DNA of 64,000 nt from the human T2T-CHM13v2.0 reference genome, Homo sapiens. The notes beneath the pieces were generated by a model, which was given only the letters and a program-made list of their open reading frames with translations, was not told the origin of the DNA and searched no databases. Shown one piece after another: positions 44,305 to 64,000 of this stretch. The stretch lies in NCBI RefSeq assembly GCF_009914755.1, contig NC_060948.1, one strand, 5' to 3'. The first letter of the stretch is position 1. Each line of letters opens with the position of its first letter. The position numbers were made by a program, and so were the translations under genes.

Positions 44305-46407
44305 AGATCCATATTTTTTAAATGAAAAAAAATTTCAAAGGTACTCTGCTTGGTACAATAATCAAATGTATAAACTGAGGAATAAAACATAACCATGAAA
44401 CCTACTTATAACTGCATATGGAAAATACAGAGGATAATTTTTTAAATAACATATTTTGAAAGCCTTAACTAGTAATTTGAAGAGTTGGCATTTGAAAGGC
44501 CAGTATGAATATACCTTCAAAGCAGCAACACAGGTTCCCCATGAGAAAAAGCAAACACAGGGAAAATAAAAACACAAAGGTTCAATCTCTTCTGACCTTT
44601 GAAAGACACAGCACAGACAGTGGTCCTTAGGACGAAGAGCAGGAGACCCCTAATTCCGTCACCATGGCGATAGGGCATAAACATTGCTGGGTGAGGGCAC
44701 AATCCACATTGTGAGGTCCAACTGCTGCCAGGAAGACAGGAGTGCTTTTACATAGACCGAAAGGTCATTGAAGGCTCAGAGTTTTGTTTCAAGAACTGAA
44801 TCCCAAGCCCACACGTTATTAGGCTGCGCTTCTTAAAACAAGTTATGAGATGGGAAAAAGGGCACCCACAAACATACGTATACATTATGTATATAATAAT
44901 ATACAGTATCATATATATAATATATAACCTATGTATAATATTGTTTTACATCCTGCATCTTATGTTATATATATTGTATAAAATATAATAATTGATAATA
45001 TATAAGTTTTATAATTATACAATATGACATATAGTATATATTATAATTTATGACATATATAATATATGTTATATATCATATATAGAATATATTATACGGT
45101 TAATATACGTATTAAATATAAATTATACCTTATATATATTATATATAATATATCTGTTATATATAATACCCATTATGCATAATATATATATTATGTCTAT
45201 GTTATATATAGTATAAAACAACATATAATAATATATAATTGTATATATAAAATGCGACATATAATATATATTATATTTTATAACATATGTAATATATATT
45301 ATATATTATATATAATACGTTGTATGTATAATACCTATATTAAATATATATTATATAACTATGTTATTAATTACATGTCACATGTGTTATATATTATATA
45401 TTTTACATAGAATATACCGGTTACATACAATATATACTATGTTACCTATAATGTATAATTGATTACATGTAAAATAAAGAATGCAATATATTATGTATAA
45501 TTTATAATATACAATATGTGGAATGTGACATATGTAACATATAATATATGATATATGATATACAGTATATGATATATAACATACAATATATGATTCCTAA
45601 TATATATGGTATACAATATATATTTTATGATATGTATTCTATATGTTTTATATTCTGTTATATATAACTATTTGAAATTATATATAACTGTATAATATTT
45701 TATGTAAATATGTAATATAATATATATAACTATATAATATATTATATATAACTATATATTATGTTATATATACTTTTATAACATAATTTACATAAAATAT
45801 CATAATATAATATATATTATATTATTTCATATTACATAATATATATTACATATCACCCAATATAACTAACATACATAATATTATAATATAGATTATATTA
45901 TGTTATATTAAATATCATATATATCATGTATCATATATTCTATAATAGATAGTACACATTATATAATATGTATGTTGTCTATTATGTGATATATATAACT
46001 ATATATATAATTATATTTTTATACATATAACTAGATAAACATGTAATTCTACATATTTTCATTTATAATATGTAGAATTATATAATCATATATAATTATT
46101 TATATTCTATAAAAAATTTTATCATTATATAAATTATAATATATAAAAATTATAATATGTACTACAAATATATATATTATATATCATATATGATATAGTA
46201 CCTTTGTTATATATCATAATACATATAAATGTGTATTATGTTATCTATAATTATATAATTTCATATATAAGGTGTATAATATGTATCATATATTATATAT
46301 GTTATGTAATATATATAGTATATATAAGATGACACAGGATAAATATTATATACTATGACATATAAAATATATGAGGTTATATGTTACATATAAGGCATAG
46401 CACATAA

Positions 46408-46722
<315 letters not shown>

Positions 46723-48825
46723 AGATCCATATTTTTTAAATGAAAAAAAATTTCAAAGGTACTCTGCTTGGTACAATAATCAAATGTATAAACTGAGGAA
46801 TAAAACATAACCATGAAACCTACTTATAACTGCATATGGAAAATACAGAGGATAATTTTTTAAATAACATATTTTGAAAGCCTTAACTAGTAATTTGAAG
46901 AGTTGGCATTTGAAAGGCCAGTATGAATATACCTTCAAAGCAGCAACACAGGTTCCCCATGAGAAAAAGCAAACACAGGGAAAATAAAAACACAAAGGTT
47001 CAATCTCTTCTGACCTTTGAAAGACACAGCACAGACAGTGGTCCTTAGGACGAAGAGCAGGAGACCCCTAATTCCGTCACCATGGCGATAGGGCATAAAC
47101 ATTGCTGGGTGAGGGCACAATCCACATTGTGAGGTCCAACTGCTGCCAGGAAGACAGGAGTGCTTTTACATAGACCGAAAGGTCATTGAAGGCTCAGAGT
47201 TTTGTTTCAAGAACTGAATCCCAAGCCCACACGTTATTAGGCTGCGCTTCTTAAAACAAGTTATGAGATGGGAAAAAGGGCACCCACAAACATACGTATA
47301 CATTATGTATATAATAATATACAGTATCATATATATAATATATAACCTATGTATAATATTGTTTTACATCCTGCATCTTATGTTATATATATTGTATAAA
47401 ATATAATAATTGATAATATATAAGTTTTATAATTATACAATATGACATATAGTATATATTATAATTTATGACATATATAATATATGTTATATATCATATA
47501 TAGAATATATTATACGGTTAATATACGTATTAAATATAAATTATACCTTATATATATTATATATAATATATCTGTTATATATAATACCCATTATGCATAA
47601 TATATATATTATGTCTATGTTATATATAGTATAAAACAACATATAATAATATATAATTGTATATATAAAATGCGACATATAATATATATTATATTTTATA
47701 ACATATGTAATATATATTATATATTATATATAATACGTTGTATGTATAATACCTATATTAAATATATATTATATAACTATGTTATTAATTACATGTCACA
47801 TGTGTTATATATTATATATTTTACATAGAATATACCGGTTACATACAATATATACTATGTTACCTATAATGTATAATTGATTACATGTAAAATAAAGAAT
47901 GCAATATATTATGTATAATTTATAATATACAATATGTGGAATGTGACATATGTAACATATAATATATGATATATGATATACAGTATATGATATATAACAT
48001 ACAATATATGATTCCTAATATATATGGTATACAATATATATTTTATGATATGTATTCTATATGTTTTATATTCTGTTATATATAACTATTTGAAATTATA
48101 TATAACTGTATAATATTTTATGTAAATATGTAATATAATATATATAACTATATAATATATTATATATAACTATATATTATGTTATATATACTTTTATAAC
48201 ATAATTTACATAAAATATCATAATATAATATATATTATATTATTTCATATTACATAATATATATTACATATCACCCAATATAACTAACATACACAATATT
48301 ATAATATAGATTATATTATGTTATATTAAATATCATATATATCATGTATCATATATTCTATAATAGATAGTACACATTATATAATATGTATGTTGTCTAT
48401 TATGTGATATATATAACTATATATATAATTATATTTTTATACATATAACTAGATAAACATGTAATTCTACATATTTTCATTTATAATATGTAGAATTATA
48501 TAATCATATATAATTATTTATATTCTATAAAAAATTTTATCATTATATAAATTATAATATATAAAAATTATAATATGTACTACAAATATATATATTATAT
48601 ATCATATATGATATAGTACCTTTGTTATATATCATAATACATATAAATGTGTATTATGTTATCTATAATTATATAATTTCATATATAAGGTGTATAATAT
48701 GTATCATATATTATATATGTTATGTAATATATATAGTATATATAAGATGACACAGGATAAATATTATATACTATGACATATAAAATATATGAGGTTATAT
48801 GTTACATATAAGGCATAGCACATAA

Positions 48826-49140
<315 letters not shown>

Positions 49141-51245
49141 AGATCCGTATTTTTTAAATGAAAAAAAATTTCAAAGGTACTCTGCTTGGTACAATAATCA
49201 AATGTATAAACTGAGGAATAAAACATAACCATGAAACCTACTTATAACTGCATATGGAAAATACAGAGGATAATTTTTTAAATAACATATTTTGAAAGCC
49301 TTAACTAGTAATTTGAAGAGTTGGCATTTGAAAGGCCAGTATGAATATACCTTCAAAGCAGCAACACAGGTTCCCCATGAGAAAAAGCAAACACAGGGAA
49401 AATAAAAACACAAAGGTTCAATCTCTTCTGACCTTTGAAAGACACAGCACAGACAGTGGTCCTTAGGACGAAGAGCAGGAGACCCCTAATTCCGTCACCA
49501 TGGCGATAGGGCATAAACATTGCTGGGTGAGGGTACAATCCACATTGTGAGGTCCAACTGCTGCCAGGAAGACAGGAGTGCTTTTACATAGACCGAAAGG
49601 TCATTGAAGGCTCAGAGTTTTGTTTCAAGAACTGAATCCCAAGCCCACACGTTATTAGGCTGCGCTTCTTAAAACAAGTTATGAGATGGGAAAAAGGGCA
49701 CCCACAAACATACGTATACATTATGTATATAATAATATACGGTATCATATATATAATATATATAACCTATGTATAATATTGTTTTACATCCTGCATCTTA
49801 TGTTATATATATTGTATAAAATATAATAATTGATAATATATAAGTTTTATAATTATACAATATGACATATAGTATATATTATAATTTATGACATATATAA
49901 TGTATGTTATATATCATATATAGAGTATATTATACGGTTAATATACGTATTAAATATAAATTATACATTATATATATTATATATAATATATCTGTTATAT
50001 ATAATACCCATTATGCATAATATATATATTATGTCTATGTTATATATAGTATAAAACAACATATAATAATATATAATTGTATATATAAAATGCGACATAG
50101 AATATATATTATATTTTATAACATATGTAATATATATTATATATTTTATATAATACGTTGTATGTATAATACCTATATTAAATATATATTATATGACTAT
50201 GTTATTAATTACATGTCACATGTGTTATATATTATATATTTTACATAGAATATACCGGTTACATACAATATATACTATGTTACCTGTAATGTATAATTGA
50301 TTACATGTAAAATAAAGAATGCAATATATTATGTAAAATTTATAATATACAATATGTGGAATGTGATATATGTAATATATAATATATGATATATGATATA
50401 CAGTATATGATATATAACATACAATATATGATTCCTAATATATATGGTATACAATATATATTTTATGATATGTATTCTATATGTTTTATATTCTGTTATA
50501 TATAACTATTTGAAATTATATATAACTGTATAATATTTTATGTAAATATGTAATATAATATATATAACTATATAATATATTATATATAACTATATATTAT
50601 GTTATGTATACTTTTATAACATAATTTACATAAAATATCATAATATAATATATATTATATTATTTCATATTACATAATATATATTACATATCACCCAATA
50701 TAACTAACATACATAATATTATAATATAGATTATATTATGTTATATTAAATATCATATATATCATGTATCATATATTCTATAATAGATAGTACACATTAT
50801 ATAATATGTATGTTGTCTATTATGTGATATATATAACTGTATATATAATTATATTTTTATACATATAACTAGATAAACATGTAATTCTACATATTTTCAT
50901 TTATAATATGTAGAATTATATAATCATATATAATTATTTATATTCTATAAAAAATTTTATCATTATATAAATTATAATATATAAAAATTATAATATGTAC
51001 TACAAATATATATATTATATATCATATATGATATAGTACCTTTGTTATATATCATAATACATATAAATGTGTATTATGTTATCTATAATTATATAATTTC
51101 ATATATAAGGTGTATAATATGTATCATATATTATATATGTTATGTAATATATATAGTATATATAAGATGACACAGGATAAATATTATATACTATGACATA
51201 TAAAATATATGAGGTTATATGTTACATATAAGGCATAGCACATAA

Positions 51246-51560
<315 letters not shown>

Positions 51561-53666
51561 AGATCCATATTTTTTAAATGAAAAAAAATTTCAAAGGTAC
51601 TCTGCTTGGTACAATAATCAAATGTATAAACTGAGGAATAAAACATAACCATGAAACCTACTTATAACTGCATATGGAAAATACAGAGGATAATTTTTTA
51701 AATAACATATTTTGAAAGCCTTAACTAGTAATTTGAAGAGTTGGCATTTGAAAGGCCAGTATGAATATACCTTCAAAGCAGCAACACAGGTTCCCCATGA
51801 GAAAAAGCAAACACAGGGAAAATAAAAACACAAAGGTTCAATCTCTTCTGACCTTTGAAAGACACAGCACAGACAGTGGTCCTTAGGACGAAGAGCAGGA
51901 GACCCCTAATTCCGTCACCATGGCGATAGGGCATAAACATTGCTGGGTGAGGGCACAATCCACATTGTGAGGTCCAACTGCTGCCAGGAAGACAGGAGTG
52001 CTTTTACATAGACCGAAAGGTCATTGAAGGCTCAGAGTTTTGTTTCAAGAACTGAATCCCAAGCCCACACGTTATTAGGCTGCGCTTCTTAAAACAAGTT
52101 ATGAGATGGGAAAAAGGGCACCCACAAACATACGTATACATTATGTATATAATAATATACAGTATCATATATATAATATATATAACCTATGTATAATATT
52201 GTTTTACATCCTGCATCTTATGTTATATATATTGTATAAAATATAATAATTGATAATATATAAGTTATATAATTATACAATATGACATATAGTATATATT
52301 ATAATTTATGACATATATAATATATGTTATATATCATATATAGAATATATTATACGGTTAATATACGTATTAAATATAAATTATACCTTATATATATTAT
52401 ATATAATATATCTGTTATATATAATACCCATTATGCATAATATATATATTATGTCTATGTTATATATAGTATAAAACAACATATAATAATATATAATTGT
52501 ATATATAAAATGCGACATATAATATATATTATATTTTATAACATATGTAATATATATTATATATTATATATAATACGTTGTATGTATAATACCTATATTA
52601 AATAGATATTATATGACTATGTTATTAATTACATGTCACATGTGTTATATATTATATATTTTACATAGAATATACCGGTTACATACAATATATACTATGT
52701 TACCTATAATGTATAATTTATTACATGTAAAATAAAGAATGCAATATATTATGTATAATTTATAATATACAATATGTGGAATGTGACATATGTAACATAT
52801 AATATATGATATATGATATACAGTATATGATATATAACATACAATATATGATTCCTAATATATATGGTATACAATATATATTTTATGATATGTATTCTAT
52901 ATGTTTTATATTCTGTTATATATAACTATTTGAAATTATATATAACTGTATAATATTTTATGTAAATATGTAATATAATATATATAACTATAGAATATAT
53001 TATATATAACTATATATTATGTTATATATACTTTTATAACATAATTTACATAAAATATCATAATATAATATATATTATATTATTTCATATTACAAAATAT
53101 ATATTACATATCACCCAATATAACTAACATACATAATATTATAATATAGATTATATTATGTTATATTAAATATCATATATATCATGTATCATATATTCTA
53201 TAATATATATTACACATTATATAATATGTATGTTGTCTATTATGTGATATATATAACTATATATATAATTATATTTTTATACATATAACTAGATAAACAT
53301 GTAATTCTACATATTTTCATTTATAATATGTAGAATTATATAATCATATATAATTATTTATATTCTATAAATATTTTATCATTATATAAATTATAATATA
53401 TAAAAATTATAATATGTACTACAAATATATATATATTATATATCATATATGATATAGTACCTTTGTTATATATCATAATACATATAAATGTGTATTATGT
53501 TATCTATAATTATATAATTTCATATATAAGATGTATAATATGTATCATATATTATATATGTTATGTAATATATATAGTATATATAAGATGACACAGGATA
53601 AATATTATATACTATGACATATAAAATATATGAGGTTATATGTTACATATAAGGCATAGCACATAA

Positions 53667-53981
<315 letters not shown>

Positions 53982-56111
53982 AGATCCATATTTTTTAAAT
54001 GAAAAAAAATTTCAAAGGTACTCTGCTTGGTACAATAATCAAATGTATAAACTGAGGAATAAAACATAACCATGAAACCTACTTATAACTGCATATGGAA
54101 AATACAGAGGATAATTTTTTAAATAACATATTTTGAAAGCCTTAACTAGTAATTTGAAGAGTTGGCATTTGAAAGGCCAGTATGAATATACCTTCAAAGC
54201 AGCAACACAGGTTCCCCATGAGAAAAAGCAAACACAGGGAAAATAAAAACACAAAGGTTCAATCTCTTCTGACCTTTGAAAGACACAGCACAGACAGTGG
54301 TCCTTAGGACGAAGAGCAGGAGACCCCTAATTCCGTCACCATGGCGATAGGGCATAAACATTGCTGGGTGAGGGCACAATCCACATTGTGAGGTCCAACT
54401 GCTGCCAGGAAGACAGGAGTGCTTTTACATAGACCGAAAGGTCATTGAAGGCTCAGAGTTTTGTTTCAAGAACTGAATCCCAAGCCCACACGTTATTAGG
54501 CTGCGCTTCTTAAAACAAGTTATGAGATGGGAAAAAGGGCACCCACAAACATACGTATACATTATGTATATAATAATATACAGTATCATATATATAATAT
54601 ATATAACCTATGTATAATATTGTTTTACATCCTGCATCTTATGTTATATATATTGTATAAAATATAATAATTGATAATATATAAGTTTTATATTTATAAA
54701 ATATGACATATAGTATATATTATAATTTATGACATATATAATATATGTTATATATCATATATAGAGTATATTATACGGTTAATATACGTATTAAATATAA
54801 ATTATACATTATATATATTATATATAATATATCTCTTATATATAATACCCATTATGCATAATATATATATTATGTCTATGTTATATATAGTATAAAACAG
54901 CATATAATAATATATAATTGTATATATAAAATGCGACATATAATATATATTATATTTTATAACATATGTAATATATATTATATATTATATATAATACGTT
55001 GTATGTATAATACCTATATTAAATATATATTATATGACTATGTTATTAATTACATGTCACATGTGTTATATATTATATATTTTACATAGAATATACCGGT
55101 TACATACAATATATACTATGTTACCTATAATGTATAATTGATTACATGTAAAATAAATAATGCAATATATTATGTATAATTTATAATATACAATATGTGG
55201 AATGTGACATATGTAACATATAATATATGATATATGATATACAGTATATGATATATAACATACAATATATGATTCCTAATATATATGGTATACAATATCT
55301 ATTTTATGATATGTATTCTATATGTTTTATATTCTGTTATATATAACTATTTGAAATTATATATAACTGTATAATATTTTATGTAAATATGTAATATAAT
55401 ATATATAACTATATAATATATTATATATAACTATATATTATGTTATATATACTTTTATAACATAATTTACATAAAATATCATAATATAATATATATTATA
55501 TTATTTCATATTACATAATATATATTACATATCACCCAATATAACTAACATACATAATATTATAATATAGATTATATTATGTTATATTAAATATCATATA
55601 TATCATGTATCATATATTCTATAATATATATTACACATTATATAATATGTATGTTGTCTATTATGTGATATATATAACTATATATATAATTATATTTTTA
55701 TACATATAACTAGATAAACATGTAATTCTACATATTTTCATTTATAATATGTAGAATTATATAATCATATATAATTATTTATATTCTATAAAAAATTTTA
55801 TCATTATATAAATTATAATATATAAAAATTATAATATGTACTACAAATATATATATATTATATATCATATATGATATAGTACCTTTGTTATATATCATAA
55901 TACATATAAATATGTATTATGTTATCTATAATTATATAATTTCATATATAAGATGTATAATATGTATCATATATTATATATGTTATGTAATATATATAGT
56001 ATATATAAGATGACACAGGATAAATATTATATACTATGACATATAAAATATATGAGGTTATATGTTACATATAAGTCATAGCACATAACATGTAATATAT
56101 ATCATATATAA

Positions 56112-56403
56112 TTTTTTTTTAGACAGAATCTTGTCCTGTTGCACAGGGTGGGGTACAATGGCGCCATCTTTGCTCACTGCAACTTCTGCCTCATGGGTCC
56201 AAGCGATTGTCCTCCCTCAGCCTCCCAGGTAGCTGGGACTACACCACACTGGGACTACACCAGCTGCCACCATGCCTAGCTAATTTTTTGGATTTTTAGT
56301 AGTGACAGCGTTTCACTGTATTGGCCAGGATGGTCTTGATCTCTTCACCTTGTGATCCCCTTGCCTTGGCCTCCAAATTTGCTGGGATTACAGGCCTGAG
56401 CCA
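56112..56403 (-). mobile_element. Alu subunit, U24
   Basis: Copy of 474-765 with a CpG>TpG change at 56194. Confidence 0.93.
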
Positions 56404-58507
56404 AGATCCGTATTTTTTAAATGAAAAAAAATTTCAAAGGTACTCTGCTTGGTACAATAATCAAATGTATAAACTGAGGAATAAAACATAACCATGAAAC
56501 CTACTTATAACTGCATATGGAAAATACAGAGGATAATTTTTAAATAACATATTTTGAAAGCCTTAACTAGTAATTTGAAGAGTTGGCATTTGAAAGGCCA
56601 GTATGAATATACCTTCAAAGCAGCAACACAGGTTCCCCATGAGAAAAAGCAAACACAGGGAAAATAAAAACACAAAGGTTCAATCTCTTCTGACCTTTGA
56701 AAGACACAGCACAGACAGTGGTCCTTAGGACGAAGAGCAGGAGACCCCTAATTCCGTCACCATGGCGATAGGGCATAAACATTGCTGGGTGAGGGCACAA
56801 TCCACATTGTGAGGTCCAACTGCTGCCAGGAAGACAGGAGTGCTTTTACATAGACCGAAAGGTCATTGAAGGCTCAGAGTTTTGTTTCAAGAACTGAATC
56901 CCAAGCCCACACGTTATTAGGCTGCGCTTCTTAAAACAAGTTATGAGATGGGAAAAAGGGCACCCACAAACATACGTATACATTATGTATATAATAATAT
57001 ACAGTATCATATATATAATATATATAACCTATGTATAATATTGTTTTACATCCTGCATCTTATGTTATATATATTGTATAAAATATAATAATTGATAATA
57101 TATAAGTTTTATATTTATACAATATGACATATAGTATATATTATAATTTATGACATATATAATATATGTTATATATCATATATAGAATATATTATACGGT
57201 TAATATACGTATTAAATATAAATTATAAATTTTATATATTATATATAATATATCTGTTATATATAATACCCATTATGCATAATATATATATTATGTCTAT
57301 GTTATATATAGTATAAAACAACATATAATAATATATAATTGTATATATAAAATGCGACATACAATATATATTATATTTTATAACATATGTAATATATATT
57401 ATATATTATATATAATACGTTGTATGTATAATACCTATATTAAATATATATTATATGACTATGTTATTAATTACATGTCACATGTGTTATATATTATATA
57501 TTTTACATAGAATATACCGGTTAGATACAATATATACTATGTTACCTATAATGTATAATTTATTACATGTAAAATAAAGAATGCAATATATTATGTATAA
57601 TTTATAATATACAATATGTGGAATGTGACATATGTAACATATAATATATGATATATGATATACAGTATATGATATATAACATACAATATATGATTCCTAA
57701 TATATATGGTATACAATATCTATTTTATGATATGTATTCTATATGTTTTATATTCTGTTATATATAACTATTTGAAATTATATATAACTGTATAATATTT
57801 TATGTAAATATGTAATATAATATATATAACTATATAATATATTATATATAACTATATATTATGTTATATATACTTTTATAACATAATTTACATAAAATAT
57901 CATAATATAATATATATTATATTATTTCATATTACATAATATATATTACATATCACCCAATATAACTAACATACATAATATTATAATATAGATTATATTA
58001 TGTTATATTAAATATCATATATATCATGTATCATATATTCTATAATATATATTACACATTATATAATATGTATGTTGTCTATTATGTGATATATATAACT
58101 ATATATATAATTATATTTTTATACATATAACTAGATAAACATGTAATTCTACATATTTTCATTTATAATATGTAGAATTATATAATCATATATAATTATT
58201 TATATTCTATAAAAAATTTTATCATTCTATAAATTATAATATATAAAAATTATCATATGTACTACAAATATATATATTGTATATCATATATGATATAGTA
58301 CCTTTGTTATATATCATAATACATAGAAATGTGTATTATGTTATCTATAATTATATAATTTCATATATAAGATATATAATATGTATCATATATTATATAT
58401 GTTATGTAATATATATAGTATATATAAGATGACACAGGATAAATATTATATACTATGACATATAAAATATATGAGGTTATATGTTACATATAAGGCATAG
58501 CACATAA

Positions 58508-58822
<315 letters not shown>

Positions 58823-60950
58823 AGATCCGTATTTTTTAAATGAAAAAAAATTTCAAAGGTACTCTGCTTGGTACAATAATCAAATGTATAAACTGAGGAA
58901 TAAAACATAACCATGAAACCTACTTATAACGGCATATGGAAAATACAGAGGATAATTTTTTAAATAACATATTTTGAAAGCCTTAACTAGTAATTTGAAG
59001 AGCTGGCATTTGAAAGGCCAGTATGAATATACCTTCAAAGCAGCAACACAGGTTCCCCATGAGAAAAAGCAAACACAGGGAAAATAAAAACACAAAGGTT
59101 CAATCTCTTCTGACCTTTGAAAGACACAGCACAGACAGTGGTCCTTAGGACGAAGAGCAGGAGACCCCTAATTCCGTCACCATGGCGATAGGGCATAAAC
59201 ATTGCTGGGTGAGGGCACAATCCACATTGTGAGGTCCAACTGCTGCCAGGAAGACAGGAGTGCTTTTACATAGACCGAAAGGTCATTGAAGGCTCAGAGT
59301 TTTGTTTCAAGAACTGAATCCCAAGCCCACACGTTATTAGGCTGCGCTTCTTAAAACAAGTTATGAGATGGGAAAAAGGGCACCCACAAACATACGTATA
59401 CATTATGTATATAATAATATACCGTATCATATATATAATATATATAACCTATGTATAATATTGTTTTACATCCTGCATCTTATGTTATATATATTGTATA
59501 AAATATAATAATTGATAATATATAAGTTTTATATTTATACAATATGACATATAGTATATATTATAATTTATGACATATATAATATATGTTATATATCATA
59601 TATAGAATATATTATACGGTTAATATACGTATTAAATATAAATTATACATTATATATATTATATATAATATATCTGTTATATATAATACCCATTATGCAT
59701 AATATATATATTATGTCTATGTTATATATAGTATAAAACAACAGATAATAATATATAATTGTATATATAAAATGCGACATATAATATATATTATATTTTA
59801 TAACATATGTAATATATATTATATATTATATATAATACGTTGTATGTATAATACCTATATTAAATATATATTATATGACTATGTTATTAATTACACGTCA
59901 CATGTGTTATATATTATATATTTTACATAGAATATACCGGTTACATACAATATATACTATGTTACCTATAATGTATAATTTATTACATGTAAAATAAAGA
60001 ATGCAATATATTATGTATAATTTATAATATACAATATGTGGAATGTGATATATATAACATATAATATATGATATATGATATACAGTATATGATATATAAC
60101 ATACAATATATGATTCCTAATATATATGGTATACAATATATATTTTATGACATGTATTCTATATGTTTTATATTCTGTTATATATAACTATTTGAAATTA
60201 TATATAACTGTATAATATTTTATGTAAATATGTAATATAATATATATAACTATATAATATATTATAGATAACTACATATTATGTTATATATACTTTTATA
60301 ACATAATTTACATAAAATATCATAATATAATATATATTATATTATTTCATATTACATAATATATATTACATATCACCCAATATAACTAACATACATAATA
60401 TTATAATATAGATTATATTATGTTATATTAAATATCATATATATCATGTATCATATATTCTATAATATATATTACACATTATATAATATGTATGTTGTGT
60501 ACTATGTGATATATATAACTCTATATATAATTATATTATTATACATATAACTAGATAAACATGTAATTCTACATATTTTCATTTATAATATGTAGAATTA
60601 TATAATCATATATAATTATTTATATTCTATAAAAAATTTTATCATTCTATAAATTATAATATATAAAAATTATCATATGAACTACAAATATATATATTGT
60701 ATATCATATATGATATAGTACCTTTGTTATATATCATAATACATATAAATGTGTATTATGTTATCTATAATTATATAATTTCATATATAAGATGTATAAT
60801 ATGTATCATATATTATATATGTTATGTAATATATATAGTATATATAAGATGACACAGGATAAATATTATATACTATGACATATAAAATATATGAGGTTAT
60901 ATGTTACATATAAGGCATAGCACATAACATGTAATATATATCATATATAA

Positions 60951-61242
60951 TTTTTTTTTAGACAGAATCTTGTCCTGTTGCACAGGGTGGGGTACAATGG
61001 CGCCATCTTTGCTCACTGCAACTTCTGCCTCACGGGTCCAAGCGATTGCCCTCCCTCAGCCTCCCAGGTAGCTGGGACTACACCACACTGGGACTACACC
61101 AGCTGCCACCATGCCTAGCTAATTTTTTGGATTTTTAGTAGTGACAGCGTTTCACTGTATTGGCCAGGATGGTCTTGATCTCTTCACCTTGTGATCCCCT
61201 TGCCTTGGCCTCCAAATTTGCTGGGATTACAGGCCTGAGCCA
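60951..61242 (-). mobile_element. Alu subunit, U26
   Basis: Copy of 474-765. Confidence 0.93.
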
Positions 61243-63345
61243 AGATCCATATTTTTTAAATGAAAAAAAATTTCAAAGGTACTCTGCTTGGTACAATAAT
61301 CAAATGTATAAACTGAGGAATAAAACATAACCATGAAACCTACTTATAACTGCATATGGAAAATACAGAGGATAATTTTTTAAATAACATATTTTGAAAG
61401 CCTTAACTAGTAATTTGAAGAGTTGGCATTTGAAAGGCCAGTATGAATATACCTTCAAAGCAGCAACACAGGTTCCCCATGAGAAAAAGCAAACACAGGG
61501 AAAATAAAAACACAAAGGTTCAATCTCTTCTGACCTTTGAAAGACACAGCACAGACAGTGGTCCTTAGGACGAAGAGCAGGAGACCCCTAATTCCGTCAC
61601 CATGGCGATAGGGCATAAACATTGCTGGGTGAGGGCACAATCCACATTGTGAGGTCCAACTGCTGCCAGGAAGACAGGAGTGCTTTTACATAGACCGAAA
61701 GGTCATTGAAGGCTCAGAGTTTTGTTTCAAGAACTGAATCCCAAGCCCACACGTTATTCGGCTGCGCTTCTTAAAACAAGTTATGAGATGGGAAAAAGGG
61801 CACCCACAAACATACGTATACATTATGTATATAATAATATACAGTATCATATATATAATATATATAACCTATGTATAATATTGTTTTACATCCTGCATCT
61901 TGTTATATATATTGTATAAAATATAATAATTGATAATATATAAGTTTTATATTTATACAATATGACATATAGTATATATTATAATTTATGACATATATAA
62001 TATATGTTATATATCATATATAGAATATATTATACGGTTAATATACGTATTAAATATAAATTATACATTATATATATTATATATAATATATCTGTTATAT
62101 ATAATACCCATTATGCATAATATATATATTATGTCTATGTTATATATAGTATAAAACAACAGATAATAATATATAATTGTATATATAAAATGCGACATAT
62201 AATATATATTATATTTTATAACATATGTAATATATATTATATATTATATATAATACGTTGTATGTATAATACCTATATTAAATATATATTATATGACAAT
62301 GTTATTAATTACATGTCACATGTGTTATATATTATATATTTTACATAGAATATACCGGTTACATACAATATATACTATGTTACCTATAATGTATAATTTA
62401 TTACATGTAAAATAAAGAATGCAATATATTATGTATAATTTATAATATACAATATGTGGAATGTGATATATATAACATATAATATATGATATATGATATA
62501 CAGTATATCATATATAACATACAATATATGATTCCTAATATATATGGTATACAATATATATTTTATGACATGTATTCTATATGTTTTATATTCTGTTATA
62601 TATAACTATTTGAAATTATATATAACTGTATAATATTTTATGTAAATATGTAATATAATATATATAACTATATAATATATTATAGATAACTATATATTAT
62701 GTTATATATACTTTTATAACATAATTTACATAAAATATCATAATATAATATATATTATATTATTTCATATTACATAATATATATTACATATCACCCAATA
62801 TAACTAACATACATAATATTATAATATAGATTATATTATGTTATATTAAATATCATATATATCATGTATCATATATTCTATAATATATATTACACATTAT
62901 ATAATATGTATGTTGTCTACTATGTGATATATATAACTCTATATATAATTATATTATTATACATATAACTAGATAAACATGTAATTCTACATATTTTCAT
63001 TTATAATATGTAGAATTATATAATCATATATAATTATTTATATTCTATAAAAAATTTTATCATTCTATAAATTATAATATATAAAAATTATCATATGTAC
63101 TACAAATATATATATTGTATATCATATATGATATAGTATCTTTGTTATATATCATAATACATATAAATGTGTATTATGTTATCTATAATTATATAATTTC
63201 ATATATAAGATGTATAATATGTATCATATATTATATATGTTATGTAATATATATAGTATATATAAGATGACACAGGATAAATATTATATACTATGACATA
63301 TAAAATATATGAGGTTATATGTTACATATAAGGCATAGCACATAA

Positions 63346-63644
<299 letters not shown>

Positions 63645-64000
63645 AGATCCATATTTTTTAAATGAAAAAAAATTTCAAAGGTACTCTGCTTGGTACAATA
63701 ATCTAATGTATAAAGTGAGGAATAAAACATAACCATGAAACCTACTTATAACTGCATATGGAAAATACAGAGGATAATTTTTTAAATAACATATTTTGAA
63801 AGCTTTAACTAGTAATTTGAAGAGTTGGCATTTGAAAGGCCAGTATGAATATACCTTCAAAGCAGCAACACAGGTTCCCCATGAGAAAAAGCAAACACAG
63901 GGAAAATAAAAACACAAAGGTTCAATCTCTTCTGACCTTTGAAAGACACAGCACAGACAGTGGTCCTTAGGACGAAGAGCAGGAGACCCTTAATTCCGTC

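Noticed and set aside
61722-61919. Singleton 65-aa plus-strand ORF
   Set aside because: Arises from loss of a TAG (A>C at 61759) in one unit and runs into low-complexity sequence.
63675-63917. 80-aa ORF
   Set aside because: A read-through variant of the spurious 71-aa ORF caused by substitutions in U27.

Overview
The whole 64 kb window is one uninterrupted head-to-tail tandem array of a ~2.42 kb composite unit, about 26.5 periods long, with 27 Alu-bearing segments here called U1-U27. Each unit consists of a diverged, nearly full-length Alu on the minus strand (~290 bp), a ~575 bp mixed-sequence segment (HSATI-like) and a ~1.55 kb extremely AT-rich degenerate simple-sequence block. This architecture, the unit size and a predicted ~2.14 kb HaeIII fragment identify it as DYZ2/HSat1B satellite, most likely human Yq12 heterochromatin. 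I find no credible protein-coding genes, RNA genes or CRISPR, and no new biological system: the ORF track is chance ORFs repeated once per unit. The informative signal is hidden higher-order structure read from shared variants. It comprises an A/B dimer of 4,839 bp, a ~16.9 kb 7-unit block tandemly duplicated with loss of one monomer, local homogenised runs, and a distinct last unit lacking the 16-bp intra-Alu duplication. All variant comparisons were made by eye and need alignment to confirm.
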